Part shown: positions 1-5,009 of the stretch, piece by piece
Numbering within the stretch: the stretch's first letter is position 1
Layout of the letters: the number at the start of each line of letters is the position of its first letter
Source: Promethearchaeota archaeon
GTDB lineage: Archaea; Asgardarchaeota; Sifarchaeia; Borrarchaeales; Borrarchaeaceae
Assembly: GCA_048940375.1 (NCBI GenBank)
Contig: JBHLOP010000019.1
Coordinates: 1 to 15,844, forward strand
Length of the DNA: 15,844 bases
Reading direction: 5' to 3'
Program-made: the position numbers and the translations under genes
Notes under the pieces: model-generated
Database searches by the model: none
The model's input: the letters and a program-made list of their open reading frames with translations, nothing else
Told to the model about the DNA's origin: nothing

Positions 1-20
1 AGTTGTCAATTTGAGCCTTA

Positions 21-50
21 TTTTTTCTCTTTATCTCTAAAGAGAAGAAA
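21..50. repeat. AT-rich inverted repeat (hairpin), function unknown
   Basis: Arms 25-33 (ttctcttta) and 38-46 (taaagagaa) are perfect reverse complements around a 4-nt loop (tctc). Pairing extends to 21-33/38-50 if one T:G wobble is allowed. The sequence lies at the window edge, so its context is unknown. Confidence 0.35.
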
Positions 51-210
51 AAGGAAACCAGTATCTCTTTTCTTAAATTCCCAATTTAAATAAACTTTCC
101 TTTTCGATGTACAACAAAGCCAAGACTTTAGATAAAAATTCGAGATTTTTGTAAAAAATTAAGAATTGATTCTTTAATATCTTAGATAGACTATTTTTTT
201 GCTTAGAATC

Positions 211-238
211 AAAAAATTCAAAAAAAGCGATAAAAAAA
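211..238 (-). terminator. Candidate archaeal oligo-T termination signals for the minus-strand operon
   Basis: Three A-runs on the + strand (211-216, 220-226, 232-238) read as T6, T7 and T7 on the minus strand. They lie 68-95 nt downstream of the stop codon at 306-308. Archaeal RNAP terminates at oligo-T tracts. Confidence 0.4.
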
Positions 239-305
239 GTGAAAGATTTGATTTTATGAGATTTCTCACGAAGATCGTTCTTTTATGAGGTTGGAACACT
301 ATTAT

Positions 306-1877
306 TTAACCTAACTGTGCTTTAAGCTCTGCAATCTCCTTCTTCAGGCGTGCAACTAAATCTGAGTGCTTCTCCTCGGAAATTTTTCCATCAAGGAGTA
401 GATCATCTGCTTTTTCTATTCTCTCTTGACGTTCTTTGATCTCCTTTTTAATTTTACCTGCATCAGTAGATGTCGTTGGAACCGTTGATGGACCTGCGAC
501 AGGAACGACACCAGCTCCAGTGACAATTGTTGGTGACGCATCAATTGAGACACCTTTCTTACCTAGTTCGCGATATCCTTCAGCTTTTACAAGTTCTTCA
601 ACGCTTATACCCGCTTCTTTGGCTCTTAAATACAACTCTGTGTCAACACCTTTCATTGTAGCATACTTTTCAGCCTCTATTCTTGCAAGTGCTTCATCTT
701 CAGCAGTTGATGAAAGTGCTTCATATTTTGCTTTCATAGCTTCTAATTCTGCGAGTTTTAACTCCTTTTCTTTTTCAAGCATCGCAAGTTCTGTTTCAGA
801 ACTTATCATTTTCGCCTTGGCAGTTTTTTGTATAACTAATTCTTCGTATTCTTCGGCTCCAGCGATGGTTGCTATTTCAAGTCGCGCTAACTGGACTCCC
901 CAATCGCCAAATGTATTCTCCGCGATTACCTTTGCTTTAGTGGAAATACCTTCGCGATTTGAAAACACATCTTCTAATGGATAGGTGGATACTGTTTGAG
1001 TTACAATTCCTCTCATTGAGTCCTTTGCCCAGTTATCAAACTCATCAGGCGCTAATTTCTCTTTACCACCAATAAAGTTTTGAACAAGGCGTTTAGGGTC
1101 ACTAATTTTGATGTATGCAGTGCCTGAGGCACCGATCTTTACCTTATCTTGTGTATAAATACGTTTAGGAACTCCCCAAGGAATTTTATATTCGCGTGTA
1201 TTTACCCATACGATTTCAGTGCCAATTAGTGCACTGTAGAGTTTTCTTACATCCATTCCGCTGAAGATTTTGTGAATTATTCCTTTAGAATCCTCTTTCC
1301 TCCACGCTTTGTCCAGTTTCCCTGCAGCTTCTAATTCTTGTGCACGTGCTCTTGCTTTTTCTTCAATCTTTCTCTCTTCTTCTGGTATTAAATCATATAC
1401 CCCTGCGCTTAATTCTCCTATCAAAGTTCCCTGTTTATAAAACAATGCTTTTTCATACGATCGTACAACAAATCCTCGAATGGGCTCCTGAAGTCTCGCA
1501 TCATATCCACACTTCTTACAGAAAGCCTGACCTGCTTTTATTGTAGAAACTCGTTCGGTAGGTATATCTGCTCCACATTTTTTACAGAATTTTTGTCCTT
1601 TATTTGCAAGTGTTCCACATTGTGGACATTTCCTTGCTTCTGCTAGTTTTCTACATCCCGGGCAGTGCATATCATAAATTGGCGGAGCATTCATAATATC
1701 TTCATACGTAAGACGATGTATTATTCCAGGATAAACTTGGTGGTTCCAAATGTATGTATATCGATCTCTACCCCATTCTTTTTCAATTACCTCATCAGCG
1801 TCTAATCCTTTGTCTGCTACTCTTTTAAGATCCTTGTCTACTTTTCTAGTTCTAAACCATTCTTTAATCGATGACAT
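306..1877 (-). CDS. Double zinc-ribbon / SPFH (Band 7, YdjI/COG4260-like) / coiled-coil / SHOCT domain protein
   Basis: 523-aa ORF. The ATG at 1877 lies 17 nt after the upstream stop, and the spacer reads AGGAGAGGATGGAGAGA on the coding strand (SD-like). Four CxxC pairs at aa ~72-125 (CPGC..CPQC, FCKKCG twice) form a double zinc ribbon. Aa ~133-345 show the pattern of Band_7_1-type SPFH proteins (ALFYKQG..AGVYDL; EIVWVNTREYKIPWG; GTAYIKISDPKRLV; WGVQLARLEI). Aa ~350-420 are an A/E/K-rich coiled coil, followed by a P/T/G-rich linker. The C-terminal ADDLLLDGKISEEKHSDLVARLKKEI looks SHOCT-like. No TM helix is seen. Confidence 0.8.
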   Translation of the reverse strand: MSSIKEWFRTRKVDKDLKRVADKGLDADEVIEKEWGRDRYTYIWNHQVYPGIIHRLTYEDIMNAPPIYDMHCPGCRKLAEARKCPQCGTLANKGQKFCKKCGADIPTERVSTIKAGQAFCKKCGYDARLQEPIRGFVVRSYEKALFYKQGTLIGELSAGVYDLIPEEERKIEEKARARAQELEAAGKLDKAWRKEDSKGIIHKIFSGMDVRKLYSALIGTEIVWVNTREYKIPWGVPKRIYTQDKVKIGASGTAYIKISDPKRLVQNFIGGKEKLAPDEFDNWAKDSMRGIVTQTVSTYPLEDVFSNREGISTKAKVIAENTFGDWGVQLARLEIATIAGAEEYEELVIQKTAKAKMISSETELAMLEKEKELKLAELEAMKAKYEALSSTAEDEALARIEAEKYATMKGVDTELYLRAKEAGISVEELVKAEGYRELGKKGVSIDASPTIVTGAGVVPVAGPSTVPTTSTDAGKIKKEIKERQERIEKADDLLLDGKISEEKHSDLVARLKKEIAELKAQLG

Positions 1878-1894
1878 TTCTCTCCATCCTCTCC

Positions 1895-3058
1895 TTATCC
1901 TTTATATAGGCTTGGCACATACCAAGCTGTGCCTCCCGCATAACTAGAATCACGTCGGGTAACTCCTTCTTGCTCAAGAGTTTGTAACGCTCGCATTACA
2001 CGTTCATTGTCCCATTGTGTTTTTATCATCAGATCTTCAAGGGAAATATATCCATTTGAGGTTGCAGCCAGCTCAAGTACTGTTCGTGAATCTTCTGTCA
2101 TGCCTACGGGCACAAATTCAACAAGTTTTAAGCCTGAAGGTTTCAATACATGCATATCAGCTATCATTCCAGCTTTATCTAATTTCTTAACTGCTTTTTC
2201 AATATCATTTACATTGAATTCTATGTCTAATCTACGTTCACGCATTTTCATGTAAAGATCTGCTAGCGAACAGATGCCTCCTGTTTCATTTTTGATCATA
2301 TCTTTGAGCTTAAGAATTTCTTCACCAAGTTTCTCATAATAGTCGCCTTTGCCAAAAATTCTTGGCTTTTTCGCTTTTTCGTCTTCCATTGCTTTTCTAA
2401 CTTCTCTGACTTTGCCCTTCTCTCGATGTCTCATTTGCCATAATTTTTCGTCAAGTACTTCCTCGATGTTTTTGTATACGCCATGCCATTTGCCAGGAAC
2501 CCACTGATAGATGTGTTCGGCTTCTGTCACGCCCAACAGCAAATCTTGTCTCTTCTTGAAGAGACTCACAACATCATCCATATCACTTTTTATTTCCCGG
2601 AAGAACTTCTTTCCGTCTTCTGCATTTCCATCTTCTACCTTTGGAAGTACCGTTTCTCGTAATATTTCGTTCATTGCATCGATTTCAAATAAAGTAAGCA
2701 TATCTATTCCTACAAGATTTTTGAACATATCGGACTCCAACGTTACATCAAATTTTGTTGGGCCTCCAGCAGTTTTACTTTGTTTATGAAGTTTTTCGAC
2801 CTCAAAAATGGGAGCCATCAACTCAACGTCTTGTTGAAATCTGTTCAATTTCTTTCTTAATCTTTCGCCTAACTTTAATACATCATCATTACCTAAGTCT
2901 ACTGAAGCTTTCTGGATCTCTCCTAATAGCTCATCTGAGCTTTTTAAACTATTTAACATCTTTTCTTTTAAGACGCGATCATAGTTTTCTCGCATCTCCT
3001 TCCTCCAGCCAGGCTTAATCCATTTGAAATAATTCTTAATTTTTCTAAGCCTTTCCAT
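1895..3058 (-). CDS. ESCRT-II Vps22/SNF8 (EAP30 family)-like tandem winged-helix protein with a long N-terminal helical extension
   Basis: 387-aa ORF. The ATG at 3058 has AAGGAG 8 nt upstream (rc of 3059-3090). Aa 236-385 align by eye along the whole C-terminal half of human SNF8 as I recall it: GKGDYYEKLGEEILKL..ETGGICSLADLY vs GDFYYELGVQIIEVC..NGGLITLEEL; NDIEKAVKKLDKAG vs DDLIRAIKKLKALG; NGYISLEDLMIKTQWDNERVMRALQTLEQEGV..WYVPSLY vs NGYVTVSEIKASLKWETERARQVLEHLLKEGL..YWLPALF. Aa 1-235 are helical and charged with no family I recognise. Confidence 0.8.
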   Translation of the reverse strand: MERLRKIKNYFKWIKPGWRKEMRENYDRVLKEKMLNSLKSSDELLGEIQKASVDLGNDDVLKLGERLRKKLNRFQQDVELMAPIFEVEKLHKQSKTAGGPTKFDVTLESDMFKNLVGIDMLTLFEIDAMNEILRETVLPKVEDGNAEDGKKFFREIKSDMDDVVSLFKKRQDLLLGVTEAEHIYQWVPGKWHGVYKNIEEVLDEKLWQMRHREKGKVREVRKAMEDEKAKKPRIFGKGDYYEKLGEEILKLKDMIKNETGGICSLADLYMKMRERRLDIEFNVNDIEKAVKKLDKAGMIADMHVLKPSGLKLVEFVPVGMTEDSRTVLELAATSNGYISLEDLMIKTQWDNERVMRALQTLEQEGVTRRDSSYAGGTAWYVPSLYKG

Positions 3059-3090
3059 AGGTCACACTCCTTTCTTTCATTTTTTTTAAT

Positions 3091-4575
3091 TTAAACCGAC
3101 TTTTGTCTTTCAAGTTTCATACTTAATGTGCTTCCACAAGTTGGACACTTGAATTTCTCAGGCCCTACCCAATCCACGCTTTCCTCGCTCAAAGGCGCAC
3201 CACATTCTGAACATGTGGTGGGAACGGTCTTTATTAGTATTACTTCTTCTTTCTTCTCGATAACTCTCTCCTTAATGATCATCTCAGTTGGCTTGGAATT
3301 ATTCCCTTCGGAAACTGCAGCGGCTGTAACTGGATCTACGATATCCATATATGCTCTACCAATCTCAATAGTAAGTGGCTCGCTGTAAATAGCAAGTTTT
3401 TGAGATTTAAAGATTTTCGGGGCATTAAAAAGAATCTCAGTAGGATTCAAGGAATATAATCCACCAATTGTTGGTGTAACTTTAAAATCAACAGCTCTAT
3501 ACGTTCCAGGACGAATTCTTTCTATGTGCTTCCCATTACCATTTCCCACTTCAAATTCAGACGGGAAATCTGTTTTGACCTCAATATTAGTAACTTCAAA
3601 ATCAGATTTATTACGAATATCTACCGAAATAAGCCCTTCGTGGTCAATATATAACGCCTTAGCTTCTCTATCTATCTCAATGTTAGGTAGAACGAACACA
3701 GGTGTAAGATTAACATCAGTAGATGTTGGTTGAAAATTCCCTGCAGTTATAGTTGCTTGTGCACGCATCGCAAACACACCAACTTCACCTGTTGGCAGCT
3801 CTAATTCTATCTCTTCAGTTTCATCTTTCCTTAATGAAACTGAAATATCTTCATTCAAAACAGGGAAGTGCAATTTCAACTCAGTAGGTAGTTTTGCTGT
3901 GATAGTCAATGTGAGCGGAATCTGATTACCGATTTTGACAGCTTCAACAGTTTCAACATTTATACTTGGCAAGACTCTCAAAATTGGGATCCCCATACGA
4001 TTGCATACCGGGCAACCGGTATTCACAAGATTTCTGTTGCATAATACTGGATGGGCTCCAGTTTGAATCAACTTCTTCTTATTCAGTTGATTGAAGATGT
4101 CGGCTAGGTTATCTTCAACGATTTTTGGTTTTGATTTTGAAGATTCCCACCCACAAGCTACACAAGTAACTTTATAATCAGGAGCAGCTGAATCAAAGAC
4201 GCCTCCTTTTTGAAATTGCGTGAGAACCAATTGCTTTCCACATTGGGGACACAATGAGTTTAATATAGTCTGACATTTAGCATTAGGTGGCGCTGATTGA
4301 AATCCTACCCCACAGGATGGACAGAATGAAATTTTTTTCGATGCACAATGTTTGCAAAACACGCCGTGTTCAGGACAGTAAAAATTAGCGAATTTACCGC
4401 AGTGTACACAAATATAATTTGCTAATTTTTCTTTTTTCTTTCCTTCTTCAATAAGTAGCATTGAAGCCCTTGTTGTTGGAGTTGGTTTAGAGAGAGAAAA
4501 TAGTGGTGAACCACAAAAAGTACAGAATCTTAGACCTTCTCTTAGTGTTCTTCTGCATCTAGGACATGCCGGCAA
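3091..4575 (-). CDS. Cytoplasmic multi-zinc-ribbon protein with B-box/RING-like 8-ligand module and central tandem beta-sandwich region
   Basis: 494-aa ORF. The start is TTG at 4575, with GGAGG (rc of 4585-4589) 9 nt upstream. There is no signal peptide or TM helix. Zinc modules: C4/C7/C18/C21; C56-x2-C59-x7-C67-x2-H70-x3-C74-x2-C77-x7-C85-x2-C88; C109/C112/C138/C141; H175?/C179/C188/C191; C455/C458/C477/C480. Aa ~200-410 are beta-strand-rich with alternating polar and hydrophobic residues (e.g. ISVDIRNKSDFEVTNIEVKTDFP..RPGTYRAVDFKVTP), resembling Ig-like/CARDB-type sandwiches. Confidence 0.75.
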   Translation of the reverse strand: MPACPRCRRTLREGLRFCTFCGSPLFSLSKPTPTTRASMLLIEEGKKKEKLANYICVHCGKFANFYCPEHGVFCKHCASKKISFCPSCGVGFQSAPPNAKCQTILNSLCPQCGKQLVLTQFQKGGVFDSAAPDYKVTCVACGWESSKSKPKIVEDNLADIFNQLNKKKLIQTGAHPVLCNRNLVNTGCPVCNRMGIPILRVLPSINVETVEAVKIGNQIPLTLTITAKLPTELKLHFPVLNEDISVSLRKDETEEIELELPTGEVGVFAMRAQATITAGNFQPTSTDVNLTPVFVLPNIEIDREAKALYIDHEGLISVDIRNKSDFEVTNIEVKTDFPSEFEVGNGNGKHIERIRPGTYRAVDFKVTPTIGGLYSLNPTEILFNAPKIFKSQKLAIYSEPLTIEIGRAYMDIVDPVTAAAVSEGNNSKPTEMIIKERVIEKKEEVILIKTVPTTCSECGAPLSEESVDWVGPEKFKCPTCGSTLSMKLERQKSV

Positions 4576-4615
4576 TTTTCTAGTCCTCCAGTTTTTTCCG
4601 ATGATTTTTTAGTTT

Positions 4616-4637
4616 TAGTACCACAATAGTGGTACTA
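4616..4637. promoter_or_regulatory. Perfect 9-4-9 palindrome, candidate operator for the minus-strand operon
   Basis: TAGTACCAC-AATA-GTGGTACTA: arms 4616-4624 and 4629-4637 are exact reverse complements. The palindrome lies 40 nt upstream of the TTG start at 4575 and begins 25 nt downstream of the minus-strand TATA element (4670->4663). It would therefore sit at or just after the expected transcription start. Confidence 0.45.
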
Positions 4638-4662
4638 CACATATACTACTACTACATGGCGG

Positions 4663-4670
4663 TATTTAAA
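4663..4670 (-). promoter_or_regulatory. Archaeal TATA-box candidate (TTTAAATA on minus strand) for the three-gene operon
   Basis: The minus-strand sequence reads ..CTCAAAATTTTTAAATACCGCC... TTTAAATA matches the archaeal TTTAWATA consensus, with an A-rich BRE-like stretch upstream. The position fits a TSS near 4640 and a 5' UTR of about 65 nt carrying the SD. Confidence 0.4.
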
Positions 4671-5009
4671 AATTTTGAGAAAACTCTCCGCATTTCAATT
4701 ATAATTGTTTCAATCAAGCGAAAAACATGTCCTGGTGAATATTTAGAATGTTACATTTATCACAAAGGTTTTTATTTTACATTAGTTAATTTGCGACAAA
4801 TAACTTAATGTTGGATTGCTTAACTGCCGAAATTATATCGATTTATTGACAGATGCGCTTTCATCTTCAGAATTATCTAGTCAATTAGCTCGAAAAAGTC
4901 TTTTCCAAAATTTTAGATATTTATGTCGGACGCAACATTTCTATAGGAGTTATTCAACTCTTAAAATTAGAACTACTATAAAATCAGATATAAAAGAAAA
5001 TTTGGAGAT

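Noticed and set aside
21-50. The hairpin read as a bacterial-type rho-independent terminator
   Set aside because: The stem is almost pure A/T and is not followed by a T-run on either strand. The rest of the window points to archaeal oligo-T termination. It is kept only as an inverted repeat of unknown role.
436-984. The 182-aa + strand ORF, and similar 60-100-aa ORFs antisense to long genes (1340..1546, 1750..1947, 2007..2255, 2511..2789, 2755..3018, 3128..3388, 3524..3733, 5552..5737, 7035..7229, 8156..8374, 11053..11256, 12470..12670, 12993..13262, 13163..13471, 13531..13725, 14930..15139, 15593..15775)
   Set aside because: They lie entirely within, or largely overlap, much longer ORFs that have clear family signatures. 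Their translations are low-complexity (Ser/Ile/Phe/Leu-rich), as expected for shadow frames of AT-rich coding DNA. None has an SD or a recognisable motif.
4644-4655. (TAC)4 trinucleotide repeat beside the palindrome
   Set aside because: It is too short to call a functional microsatellite or phase-variation tract. It may simply be part of the initially transcribed region. It is mentioned only as context for the operator finding.
4781-4809. Imperfect AT-rich dyad ATTAGTTAATTTG-CGA-CAAATAACTTAAT
   Set aside because: The arms pair only with register shifts, and such near-palindromes are expected by chance in AT-rich spacers. It is not strong enough to call a binding site.
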